The notes: generated from the sequence alone by a model not told the origin. A stretch of DNA of 64,000 nt from Veillonella parvula (GCA_959601155.1 CAUGOU010000003.1:46162-110161), one strand, 5' to 3'; shown: positions 35,800 through 45,129, numbered from the stretch's first letter. Program-made: numbers and translations.

Positions 35800-37077
35800 C
35801 TATTTTTCAAATCGTACTTCGATGGCACGAGCATGCGCTTCGAGACCTTCCGTACGAGCCAATGTAGTAATGTGTTTTGCCACTTCTTCTAAACGTTCTT
35901 TTGTAAATTGTGTGAAAGATGTACGTTTCACGAAATCATATACGCCTAACGGAGATGAGAATCGCGCCGTACTACTAGTAGGCAATACGTGGTTCGTACC
36001 ACCTACATAATCGCCCAATGGCTCAGACGCATAAGCGCCGAGGAATACGGAGCCTGCATTTTGAACGAGGCTCATGTAATTCATTGGATCTGGCAATTGG
36101 ATTTCCAAATGCTCTGGAGCCACTTCGTTCATCACCGTGAACATGTCTTCAATGTTGTCCATAATGGCAATATAACTGTTGTTTTCAATAGCTGGACGAG
36201 CGATACTTTCACGAGGTAACAGTTTAAGTTGACGTTCCACCTCATCGGATACGGCATTTGCTAAACTTTCACTAGTAGTCACCATAATAGCGCGCGCACG
36301 AGGATCATGTTCAGCTTGAGATAAGAGATCTGCTGCGAGGTGAACTGGATTTGCGCTGTCATCGGCGATAACACCGATTTCACTTGGACCCGCAATCATG
36401 TCGATATCGACTTGGCCAAATACTTGACGTTTCGCCGTTGCCACGTAAATATTGCCAGGGCCTACGATTTTATCTACCTTTGGAATCGTTTCCGTACCAT
36501 AAGCAAGGGCCGCCACACCTTGGGCACCGCCCACTTGATATACCGCATCAACGCCGGCAAGCTTTGCAGCACCTAATACGGCAGGATTAATGCCATCCTT
36601 TTGAGGGGGCGTAACCATAACGATTTCTCTCACCCCTGCGATTTTTGCAGGCAAAGCAGTCATGATAATGGTCGAAGGGTACGCGGCTGTACCTCCAGGG
36701 ACGTAGAGACCAACGCGAGCCAAGGGAATGACCTTTTGACCGCGGATGATGCCTGGTGTGTCCATGTCCACAAAACCTTGCTCGATTTCGCGGCTGTGGA
36801 ATTCTGTAATGTTTGCCTTTGCCTTTAATAATGCGGCTTTCAAATCATCAGATAAAGACTCATAAGCTGCGTCGATTTCCTCTTGAGGCACCTTGAAATC
36901 TTCAATGGAAACACCGTCAAATTTTTCAGAATACGATTTGAGCGCCGCATCACCGTTAGTGCGGACCTCAGCGATGATATCGTACACCCGACGTTCAATC
37001 TCCATATCTGTGGTTTGCTGTGTGTAATTCCGTACGATGGCAAGCATCGCCTCTAATGATTCCTTATATATTTTCAT
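35800..37077 (-). CDS. hisD: Histidinol dehydrogenase
   Basis: 425 aa. YVPGGTAAYPSTIIM, AGPSEI, LSQAEHD and GDY..GTNHVLPT motifs are present. Confidence 0.9.
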   Translation of the reverse strand: MKIYKESLEAMLAIVRNYTQQTTDMEIERRVYDIIAEVRTNGDAALKSYSEKFDGVSIEDFKVPQEEIDAAYESLSDDLKAALLKAKANITEFHSREIEQGFVDMDTPGIIRGQKVIPLARVGLYVPGGTAAYPSTIIMTALPAKIAGVREIVMVTPPQKDGINPAVLGAAKLAGVDAVYQVGGAQGVAALAYGTETIPKVDKIVGPGNIYVATAKRQVFGQVDIDMIAGPSEIGVIADDSANPVHLAADLLSQAEHDPRARAIMVTTSESLANAVSDEVERQLKLLPRESIARPAIENNSYIAIMDNIEDMFTVMNEVAPEHLEIQLPDPMNYMSLVQNAGSVFLGAYASEPLGDYVGGTNHVLPTSSTARFSSPLGVYDFVKRTSFTQFTKERLEEVAKHITTLARTEGLEAHARAIEVRFEK

Positions 37078-37142
37078 CTGTCATCCTTCTTCCTATTTGA
37101 GCTATCCGTATTGCTAGTTAAATATATGATTCACTCTACATC

Positions 37143-38774
37143 TTACTTATTAATTGCTTCTGAAAGCTGATCTATGAGTTTAAAAATGGTATTCCTCTTT
37201 TGTTTTAATGCTAATGGATTTGCTACTAAGCGTGTAGATATGGGCTGTAACCAATCGAAGATTTCTAGATTGTTTTCACGCAAAGTGGTACCCGTTTCCG
37301 TAATATCTACGATAGCATCCGCTAGTCCTACAAGTGGGGCCAGCTCAACAGAGCCTTCAATCTTGATGATTTCCACGTCTTGAGCGCCAAAGTACTGTTT
37401 TGTAACGGTTGGATATTTCGTACCAATTCGTTGGCGGCGACCTTCTTTAGGATTATAGCCCGCTAAGGACGCCAAGATAAATTGGCATTTACCCGTTTGT
37501 AAATCTAACATTTCATAGCTCGTATCGTCTTGTTCATCGAGCACATCGCTACCGACGATACCAAGGTCAACAACACCATTTTTCAAATACGTCGTTACAT
37601 CTGGCCCCTTTGCAAGGATTACCTCCATAGAATCGCCTAAAGAGATAATGAGCTTACGCGCCTTATTATGTAATGGCTCGCAATTAATGCCACATGCTTC
37701 TAGGAGTGGAATAAAATCCTTTTCTACGCGCCCTTTCGTAAGAGCGATACGCAATGTATCATTATCTTGAGCTTTGCTTTCACCCTGCAAGGTAACATCA
37801 GTCAAGACGTCGATATTAAAAGCCATCCCTACTGCCGGCATCGGCGTACCATCAAAGCTAGATAGCAAGCCATCATAGCGACCGCCACTGACGATGTATT
37901 GAGACACGCCGTCCACATAGCCTCTAAAAGTAAGGCCTGTGTAATAGGATTGAAGCGGTTCCGTAGATACATCGATGCGAACCTGTTGCCCCGTTGCTTC
38001 CACTTGATTTGCCATATCTACAAGATTATCTAAAATGCGCTGTGCCGCTGCTGGCAAGATAATTTGATTAAGCTCATCCTTTATATCTTGAACCGTACCA
38101 AACAAGCGAGGCCATACAGTTAAGAAAGGATATAGCGCACTATTTTTAAAGTCAGAAATCAACTCGTTATATCGTGGCAAGTATTTAGTGAATAACGCCT
38201 CTAAGAGCTCCGCTTTTTCATCATCTCTGAGTCCTAGAGCATCGGTAATAGCACGAGAAAAACGAGCATCCCCAATTTCAAGCAATAAATTGTTGCCCAA
38301 CTGAGCTTCGTTCACCTCTTTAATAATCTTGAAACACTCTTGCTCAGCCTCAAGCCCTTCGTAGCCTACCATCTCGATGCCACCTTGCGTCACTTGGTTA
38401 ACATCGCCACGGTGCTTTTTATTTTTCATAAATACATCGCCCAAGTAGTAGAACGTGCGAGGCAATTCAATATTTGTAGTCGCTAAGAAACGACCAATAG
38501 GCATGGTCAAATCAGGACGAATTACGACGGACACTTCAGAACTATCCATGAATTCGTACATATGCTGACCGCGCCCCATTGCATAGCCATTGAATACATC
38601 TTTGTACTCTACGAGAGGCGTAGAGATCTTTGTGTATTGACGATTTCGACAAAGACCGAGTACATATTGACTCACATCATCCTTACGCTCTGCTACAACC
38701 CCTATATCATCGCGGAAACCAGTAGGTAATTGCTGCTGTACCATCGTAAACATCCTTTCTATCAATTGATTCAT
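37143..38774 (-). CDS. hisG: Fused HisZ-like regulatory domain and short-form ATP phosphoribosyltransferase (HisG-S)
   Basis: 543 aa in one frame. About 330 aa are HisRS-like HisZ (LPTGFRD..., GGRYDGL). About 210 aa are HisG-S (LRIALTKGRVEKDF, GIVGSDVL, DITETGTTLRENNL). Alternative start ATG at 38744 has RBS AAAGGA. Confidence 0.8.
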   Translation of the reverse strand: MNQLIERMFTMVQQQLPTGFRDDIGVVAERKDDVSQYVLGLCRNRQYTKISTPLVEYKDVFNGYAMGRGQHMYEFMDSSEVSVVIRPDLTMPIGRFLATTNIELPRTFYYLGDVFMKNKKHRGDVNQVTQGGIEMVGYEGLEAEQECFKIIKEVNEAQLGNNLLLEIGDARFSRAITDALGLRDDEKAELLEALFTKYLPRYNELISDFKNSALYPFLTVWPRLFGTVQDIKDELNQIILPAAAQRILDNLVDMANQVEATGQQVRIDVSTEPLQSYYTGLTFRGYVDGVSQYIVSGGRYDGLLSSFDGTPMPAVGMAFNIDVLTDVTLQGESKAQDNDTLRIALTKGRVEKDFIPLLEACGINCEPLHNKARKLIISLGDSMEVILAKGPDVTTYLKNGVVDLGIVGSDVLDEQDDTSYEMLDLQTGKCQFILASLAGYNPKEGRRQRIGTKYPTVTKQYFGAQDVEIIKIEGSVELAPLVGLADAIVDITETGTTLRENNLEIFDWLQPISTRLVANPLALKQKRNTIFKLIDQLSEAINK

Positions 38775-38930
38775 ATCATTTCTCGTGTTTTTGAAAACTA
38801 TATACCTATATTAACCTTTTAAGTTATATGACGATTTAAGTCATCTAGCTATTCAGTTTGCTATGAGAAAAAATTTACCTATATCGATACTTTTCTATTT
38901 TATCGCTTTACTTTATTAAAGTATGAAATC

Positions 38931-38959
38931 ATAATATAACGGTTCTATAGAATTGTCAA
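38931..38959 (-). promoter_or_regulatory. Candidate his-operon promoter
   Basis: Minus strand: TTGACA (38959-38954), a 17-nt spacer, then TATTAT (38936-38931). The -35 element sits in the loop of the hairpin at 38937-38970. Confidence 0.5.
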
Positions 38960-38970
38960 TAGAACCGTTA
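38937..38970 (-). terminator. Hairpin downstream of the histidinol phosphatase gene
   Basis: Arms TAACGGTTCTAT (38937-38948) and ATAGAACCGTTA (38959-38970). The sequence downstream on the minus strand is moderately T-rich. Confidence 0.45.
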
Positions 38971-39005
38971 ATATTTCATGTATTTACTATAATAATGATT
39001 TTATG

Positions 39006-39869
39006 CTAGCCCCAAACTCGTTCTATATCTGCCACGCTATGTGCATCAGACCCCAATACAAATGGCACACCGATGATAGCCGCCATGCCTTGAATGAAGC
39101 GACTTGGGTACATTTCACGGCAGTCTGGTTTGAAGAACCCGCTCATGTTGTAGTCTAGCTCACGACCTTGGACGCGCATGATATGCAAAATATCGCTTAC
39201 CACCTGCGCATTGCGACGATCTAAATGACGTTCAAAGCCAAAGTGATGTTGGTATTTCTTGATTAAATCAAAATGACCTATGCGTTTAGGTGTATATTCA
39301 CCGAGGTCAGCACGCACGGCTTGGCGCACGGTGGAGTAATATTTGTAATATAACTCATATTGTTTTTCGATCCACGGACCAAATCCCTTTTCAAATTCTT
39401 TAGGACTGTAGTCTAAGCAGTAAAAGGCATTATTAACGCCTTCCATAAAGTGAACGGATAAAATATTATCATCCGTCAACGGACCATAGCGATCCAAGAA
39501 CTCTTGAATGTCTGATTCAAAGCCTGGAATATAATCGACTTCAAAACCGAGAGAAATATCGATATGTGTGCCATACGCACGTTGTAATTGACGACCCAAC
39601 TCTAAGTAAGTATCAACTTCATTTAATTTCAAAGACGCTGTGTCATAGGCCTTTTTATCACCACCATATTCTGCAGCAAAAGCTGTTGGCAATGGTGCAT
39701 GTTCTGTAAGGCATACCTTTTCGATACGCAACTCGATGGCCTTTTCTATCATCATCGCAGTTCGGTCCCCACTACCATGTGGACACAATTCCGTATGCAC
39801 ATGACCGTCCACGAGACGGCTACGATATTTACTATATCCAACGAACTGCCGTTCATCTTTCATGTTCAT
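39006..39869 (-). CDS. hisJ: Histidinol-phosphatase, PHP (HisJ/HisK) family
   Basis: 287 aa. DGHVHTELCPHGSGD is an N-terminal PHP motif, and the C-terminal GSDAHS is present. Confidence 0.8.
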   Translation of the reverse strand: MNMKDERQFVGYSKYRSRLVDGHVHTELCPHGSGDRTAMMIEKAIELRIEKVCLTEHAPLPTAFAAEYGGDKKAYDTASLKLNEVDTYLELGRQLQRAYGTHIDISLGFEVDYIPGFESDIQEFLDRYGPLTDDNILSVHFMEGVNNAFYCLDYSPKEFEKGFGPWIEKQYELYYKYYSTVRQAVRADLGEYTPKRIGHFDLIKKYQHHFGFERHLDRRNAQVVSDILHIMRVQGRELDYNMSGFFKPDCREMYPSRFIQGMAAIIGVPFVLGSDAHSVADIERVWG

Positions 39870-39969
39870 TCAATCACCCCTATTCGCCCTAACCCCTGGC
39901 GAACCCTTATCTATAATCTATACATCATTAGTATAACGTATTAATATCTATCTTTTACTATACTAATTA

Positions 39970-40470
39970 TTATACCAATAATGCGTATGTTTCGGTATCC
40001 TGATATTTACCATGTTTGAATCCAACTTGAGGCGTTAAACCACAATAGGTAAAGCCAAATCGCGCGTGTAACTTAGTGCTACCTTCATTGCCAGCCGTAA
40101 TAACGGATACCACATTGTGCAATAACGGATCATTTTTTGCTATTTCTAAAATATGAGCCATCAGTTGTGTAGCGATCCCCCTACCGCGATAATCTTGATG
40201 GATATAGATAGATAATTCGACGGTACTTTTATAAGCCTCTTTAGGTCGATATGGTGAAAGCGATGCATAGCCTGCTACAATCCCATCAATGGTACCTACC
40301 ACAATAGGATGGTGCTCATCGCTATGAGACTCATACCACTCCTGCCACTCTGACAACGTGCGAGGTTCAAGATCAAGCGTGGCTACGCCGTTTACAACCT
40401 CGTAATTATAAATATCTAAACATGAGACTATATCATCAATTCTAGCACGACGAATATTTAAATTATTCAT
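39970..40470 (-). CDS. GNAT N-acetyltransferase, phosphinothricin-acetyltransferase-like
   Basis: 166 aa. IRRARIDD...IYNYEV.N..AT...EP and YRGRGIATQLM (acetyl-CoA loop). Confidence 0.7.
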   Translation of the reverse strand: MNNLNIRRARIDDIVSCLDIYNYEVVNGVATLDLEPRTLSEWQEWYESHSDEHHPIVVGTIDGIVAGYASLSPYRPKEAYKSTVELSIYIHQDYRGRGIATQLMAHILEIAKNDPLLHNVVSVITAGNEGSTKLHARFGFTYCGLTPQVGFKHGKYQDTETYALLV

Positions 40471-40490
40471 AGTAACTCTTCTTTCATATA

Positions 40491-41711
40491 TTACTGAATA
40501 GAATTCAATATAGATTTCTTTAACTTAAAATGCTCTGTTTTACCTACTTTTTGGACTTTAAGATGTTCACGTGGTATATGTTTGATACGTTCATACACGG
40601 TCTTTCTACTCTTACCTAAATTTTTCCATAATTCTTCTCTAGTAATCCCTGGCCCAATCATAAATAAAGATGTCTGTAATAAGATATAATATATGTCTTG
40701 AACCAGTTCATCTGTAATCCCTTGGTTAATAAAAAACTGATCTAATTGATCACAGGCATTACGTAATCGTTCTAACCGTGTATTAAGCAATTCACTTAAA
40801 TTATCAACGGTATCAACTAAAAAAATTAAAAATTGAATGATAAATGGAGTCAAATCCCCTCCATTGCGCTCTGACGTAGTATTAGTAAAGCTTTTATAAT
40901 ATTTGGAACGATTAGCTTTTATTAAAGCAGATAAACGCAACGCTACCAGTGGATGAAATTCCTTTGATAAATACGAAGAAGAAATATATCTATTCACACG
41001 GCCATTACCATCATAAAAAGGATGAATATAACCAAACATATAATGAAATACCGCCACACGAATTGGTAATTGTATCTCATCATTATTCAAAAACTCTAGT
41101 GCTACGGTCATAAGTTTGATGATTTGTGATTCCGGTGTAGTTCCTATATGAATCTCTCTATCATAACCATCATAAACTGAAACAGAGTCGCGTCTAAAAA
41201 TCGCTCCATCTAGTTTATTTTTCTCTTCAATTTCATTTGATACTAACTCATCATATAGAGCTCTAATATCTTCATTTATATAAAATTCTTTCTTCCCTGA
41301 TGTATTTAATATATCTCTGTATTTTGAAACAATGCTACTAAACCTTTTTACCTCAGTAACATTTGTATCAATAGCCTCTTGAATCTCTCTTCTGCTACTA
41401 TGAACACCTTCAATATCATTACTAGCCTTGATTTCTTCTACCAAAAATGTGTTTAGTAAGTGAGGATGCATAATTAACGGAACTTGTTTTAATAAATCTA
41501 AAAAAGCTGAATGTTTCCGCTCTAATTGGATCATTATATCAAGAATATCCTTATGATACATAAAAAAAGCAGAAAAACTCTTTTTTCTATTGATTTGTGC
41601 TATTGATATACTTATATGTTGCGTATTTTCAGATGCATATCGTGCATCAAGAATCTCTTGCCACTTTTCTTCGCATTTATAAAATACTTTATATAAAGGT
41701 TCATATGACAT
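40491..41711 (-). CDS. Fic-family protein (class II, autoinhibited) with a C-terminal winged-helix-like region
   Basis: Fic motif HPFYDGNGRVNR (residues 230-241). Upstream inhibitory motif SNDIEG (S-x-x-x-E-G, residues 97-102). Confidence 0.8.
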   Translation of the reverse strand: MSYEPLYKVFYKCEEKWQEILDARYASENTQHISISIAQINRKKSFSAFFMYHKDILDIMIQLERKHSAFLDLLKQVPLIMHPHLLNTFLVEEIKASNDIEGVHSSRREIQEAIDTNVTEVKRFSSIVSKYRDILNTSGKKEFYINEDIRALYDELVSNEIEEKNKLDGAIFRRDSVSVYDGYDREIHIGTTPESQIIKLMTVALEFLNNDEIQLPIRVAVFHYMFGYIHPFYDGNGRVNRYISSSYLSKEFHPLVALRLSALIKANRSKYYKSFTNTTSERNGGDLTPFIIQFLIFLVDTVDNLSELLNTRLERLRNACDQLDQFFINQGITDELVQDIYYILLQTSLFMIGPGITREELWKNLGKSRKTVYERIKHIPREHLKVQKVGKTEHFKLKKSILNSIQ

Positions 41712-41778
41712 AGCTTTTCACCTTTCACAATCCATTAAAATGTAAAAATTGTAAATTTTACCTTTATACACCCAATAT

Positions 41779-41819
41779 AACAAAACTGAGTGGTAAAAAC
41801 AACGTTTTTTACCACTCAG
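41779..41819 (-). terminator. Intrinsic terminator after the ECF operon
   Basis: Arms CTGAGTGGTAAAAA (41786-41799) and TTTTTACCACTCAG (41806-41819). On the minus strand they are followed by TTTTGTT. Confidence 0.7.
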
Positions 41820-41957
41820 CATATACGTTTTGAAGCATATATAAGTAAAAAGCTCTTATTTTACTTATATACTTTTATCATATTTTTTATTATAACTATT
41901 AAAGCTAGTACATTTCTATAGGAGCAAAAACATACTCTTACTTGATTTATAAGAAAA

Positions 41958-42626
41958 TTACACAATAACAAATAAAAGTATTGTAATAGCAATTAAAGCA
42001 CCAATCACAGTATAGTCGATTCTTTTCAATCCTACAGAGGCAGCAAAGCTGTGTGTTGGACCACCGAAGCCACGTAGTTCTAGGGACAATGCCATTGTTT
42101 CGGAGCGCCCCAAGGATTTTAGCAGTAATGGTTGGATAACAGATGCATAGGATTTGATTCGTTTAATAAAGTTGCCTTCTAAAGACAAACCACGGCAGGC
42201 TTGAGCCTCTTGTACAGCATGGCTTTCAGCAATGAAATCAGGCACAAAGCGAAGCGCAGCAGTGAACATAAAAGCATATTCGTAAGGAATTTTACATTGT
42301 GTTACGAGTGCAGCTGTAAGGTCTTGCAATTTTGTAGTTGCTAACAGTCCAATGAACACAAGTGTCATAGCGAGCATACGTAAGCCAGATACAATGGCAG
42401 ATGTCACATCGCCGCTGCCGAGGAATTGGATAAGACCAAGGAATACGGCAAAGCTAGTTAATGCCAACACTGCTTTGTGTTGTTTGAACAACAAACCCGC
42501 TACAAACAATACACCGAGTTCTACTACGACTAATACCAATAGAGATACCCAGTCGCGCAACAGGATGGCCCACACGGATACGGCGAGGGTCATCAAGATT
42601 TTTGTTAACGGTACTAAACGTTCCAT
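41958..42626 (-). CDS. ecfT: ECF transporter transmembrane (T) component, CbiQ/EcfT family
   Basis: 222 aa with 5-6 TM segments and ARG-containing coupling helices (ALRFVP..., ALSLELRGFG). Confidence 0.75.
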   Translation of the reverse strand: MERLVPLTKILMTLAVSVWAILLRDWVSLLVLVVVELGVLFVAGLLFKQHKAVLALTSFAVFLGLIQFLGSGDVTSAIVSGLRMLAMTLVFIGLLATTKLQDLTAALVTQCKIPYEYAFMFTAALRFVPDFIAESHAVQEAQACRGLSLEGNFIKRIKSYASVIQPLLLKSLGRSETMALSLELRGFGGPTHSFAASVGLKRIDYTVIGALIAITILLFVIV

Positions 42627-42635
42627 ATGTCCCTC

Positions 42636-43448
42636 CTATTTTCCACTCAACTGAGCCACTAACTTAGATTTCAATTCATCCATAGATTTGCAATAGCCCA
42701 AGGATGGTACCGCTAGTGAAAGTTCCACACTTGGCGGCTTCGTAAGGCCTAAATCTTGCAATTCATCCGTAGACTTTTTGAATAATTCTTCTGGACTGCC
42801 ATCAAAGGCTACGGTTTGGTTGCCCATGATGATAGCACGGCTACATTCGCTAGCCATGATTTCCATATCATGTGTAATGAGAAGGATCGTGATACCTTCC
42901 TCATTGAGCTGACGCAATAATGCTAATAGCTCTTTTGTTTCCTTACCATCTTGACCACTTGTTGGCTCGTCGAGGATGAGGATTTTAGACTTCATAGCCA
43001 AGGCGGAAGCAATGGCTACGCGTTGCTTTTCACCACGGCGCAATGTCGGAGGGTATGCTTCACGCAAGTGAGCAATACCTGTACGTTGCAATACTTCATC
43101 AACGATGCGTTTCACTTCGGATTTAGTACGACCCAAAGACTCAGGGCCAAAGGCAACCTCAGTGGCTACAGTCGGTCTAAACATTTGACGATCTGGCTGT
43201 TGGAATACATAGCCGATAAATTGCCCCCGTTTAGACGGTGGCATGGACGTAATGTCCCTACCGTTATAATACATGCGGCCTTCGCTAGCCTTTTCGAGGC
43301 CTACGAGCAAACGAGTTATGGTCGTTTTACCGCAACCATTACGACCACCGATGGCGATATATTCGCCTCCTTCGATGGTGAAAGTCACGTCTCGGAAAAT
43401 ATCTACGGATGGCACATAGCCAAAGCGGATGTTTTCAACCTTAAGCAT
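42636..43448 (-). CDS. ecfA: ECF/ABC transporter ATP-binding protein
   Basis: Walker A GRNGCGKTT, signature GEKQRVAIASAL, Walker B ILILDEPTSGQD. ATG at 43448 (MLKVENIRFGY) overlaps the upstream stop as ATGCTTAA. The track start at 43484 is less likely. Confidence 0.8.
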   Translation of the reverse strand: MLKVENIRFGYVPSVDIFRDVTFTIEGGEYIAIGGRNGCGKTTITRLLVGLEKASEGRMYYNGRDITSMPPSKRGQFIGYVFQQPDRQMFRPTVATEVAFGPESLGRTKSEVKRIVDEVLQRTGIAHLREAYPPTLRRGEKQRVAIASALAMKSKILILDEPTSGQDGKETKELLALLRQLNEEGITILLITHDMEIMASECSRAIIMGNQTVAFDGSPEELFKKSTDELQDLGLTKPPSVELSLAVPSLGYCKSMDELKSKLVAQLSGK

Positions 43449-45066
43449 GAGCGCCACCGTCCTTTCCTTGTACATCATCAACACGTTGAACTGGTTGTCT
43501 ATTTTCTACTATATTAGAATGATCAGCAAGATTATCTACTATATTTCTTTGATTAGCTGGAGAGTTGCTTTTACCATGTACCTCGGTTTGAATAGCATGA
43601 GCCATTTCAATTTGGTGCAAGCCCTTGATAGCAGACTCGATGCTGAGCCAAGGTTCATCACTGTGGAAACCGGCTTGTTCAAGTTCCATGTACGTAGTAA
43701 ACACGGATGGCAATGCATCGACGTGAATGTTATGCTCGTACATGTAACGAAGCGTAGTAGGTACATCGTCATCACATGCGATAGAGCCATCCACCATGAG
43801 AGCCATGCGGTTAGCGTACGGCAATACAGCATGCAAATCATGGTCGATAACGACAACGGTGATACCGTGTTTTTGGTTCAAGTCACCTACGAGGCGATAT
43901 AATTCAGCGGTTCCATCTGGATCGAGGGAGCTAGTCGGTTCATCAAGAACAAGTACGGTTGGGTTCGTAGCCAATACGGAAGCGATAGCCAAACGTTGGC
44001 GTTGACCACCAGATAGACTTGTAATCTTGCGGTCTTCTAATCCCACAAGACCAACTTGTTCAAACACCTCTTGAGAGCGAGAGGTAATCGTTTCACGGTC
44101 GTAACCACGGTTTTCCATGGCAAAGGCCACTTCTTCACGAACCGTCATCGTTACGAGCTGTGTATCGTAATCGGCAAGAACTACACCGATATGGTTCGCC
44201 AGCTCTGGGATTTCCATTTGCGTAGTCGCATGACCATCTACGAAGACCATGCCTTCTAGCCGTCCACCATAGAATTTAGGCACCGCCCCTACCATCGCCA
44301 TACAAAGGGTGCTTTTACCACAGCCTGCAGGGCCTGTAACAACGAGAAAATCACCTTCATTTACATCGAGATTGATATTTTCAAGGGATGGTGTAGTCGC
44401 CTTAGGATGATAGTAATTTACGTGCTCAATGGATATTTTAGCTTGGCGCTCAGGCAAGATAGTCAAGCGACTATGATCAGATGTCAATTGGTCCGCATTT
44501 GGCAACATGCCACGTTTAGAAAATAGACGTTGTGCCGGAATATACAAGATTGGTGTAATGGCACCATTCAAGGCCCCTACGATAAGTACCAATGGCCACA
44601 TGCCGTACATGTACACATTATTTGGCAACCCAAGCACTTGCCACAAAATGGTAACAAAGATACCGCCAGATACAACAGTTGCTAAAAAGCCAGACACGAC
44701 AGGCGTTAAATCAAAACCACCAATTTTACGGAACTTCATGGACAACATAGCGCGCGTTACGAGAGCCGCCGTCAAAGCACCACCCGGCTCAGACAATAAG
44801 TTGCCGTAAGGGAACGCTGACTTAGACGTCAAAACATTGATGAGAGCCGCCACGAGACCAATCCCCAAGGTTTGACTCAAACTAGGACGAGTCAATAAAA
44901 TAGCTACGCAGTACGTAGCAATCGTCCAGTTCGGCGTTACCCCAGCCACACTAGGGCTCACCAAATGCAATATCGTGCCCAATGCGAGCATCAATGTGCT
45001 GACAGTAACCCATCTAAACTGGCCACCCTGCACATGCGTGTACACAAGATCCTGAATCCGTTCCAT
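43441..45066 (-). CDS. Fusion of an S-component-like integral membrane domain (about 190 aa) with an ECF-type ABC ATPase, plus a C-terminal tail of about 60 aa
   Basis: The N-terminal part has about 6 hydrophobic helices. It is followed by Walker A GPAGCGKST, signature SGGQRQRLAIASVL and Walker B VLVLDEPTSSLD. RBS GAGG precedes the ATG at 45066. Confidence 0.7.
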   Translation of the reverse strand: MERIQDLVYTHVQGGQFRWVTVSTLMLALGTILHLVSPSVAGVTPNWTIATYCVAILLTRPSLSQTLGIGLVAALINVLTSKSAFPYGNLLSEPGGALTAALVTRAMLSMKFRKIGGFDLTPVVSGFLATVVSGGIFVTILWQVLGLPNNVYMYGMWPLVLIVGALNGAITPILYIPAQRLFSKRGMLPNADQLTSDHSRLTILPERQAKISIEHVNYYHPKATTPSLENINLDVNEGDFLVVTGPAGCGKSTLCMAMVGAVPKFYGGRLEGMVFVDGHATTQMEIPELANHIGVVLADYDTQLVTMTVREEVAFAMENRGYDRETITSRSQEVFEQVGLVGLEDRKITSLSGGQRQRLAIASVLATNPTVLVLDEPTSSLDPDGTAELYRLVGDLNQKHGITVVVIDHDLHAVLPYANRMALMVDGSIACDDDVPTTLRYMYEHNIHVDALPSVFTTYMELEQAGFHSDEPWLSIESAIKGLHQIEMAHAIQTEVHGKSNSPANQRNIVDNLADHSNIVENRQPVQRVDDVQGKDGGAHA

Positions 45067-45101
45067 AATAGCCTCATTTCTATAAAAATATATATGGACT
45101 T

Positions 45102-45129
45102 ATTTTATCATTCTTCGAGAATTTGTGAA
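45102..45129 (-). promoter_or_regulatory. Candidate promoter of the ECF operon
   Basis: Minus strand: TTCACA (45129-45124), a 16-nt spacer, then extended -10 TGATAAAAT (45110-45102). Confidence 0.4.

Noticed and set aside
38775-38930. Histidine T-box or His-codon leader peptide upstream of hisZG.
   Set aside because: There are only two short hairpins. There is no run of CAT/CAC codons and no T-box sequence.
43484-43484. The track start for the second ECF ATPase (MLMMYKERTVAL...).
   Set aside because: ATG at 43448 gives the canonical MLKVENIRFGY N-terminus and the typical ATGCTTAA start/stop overlap with the upstream gene.
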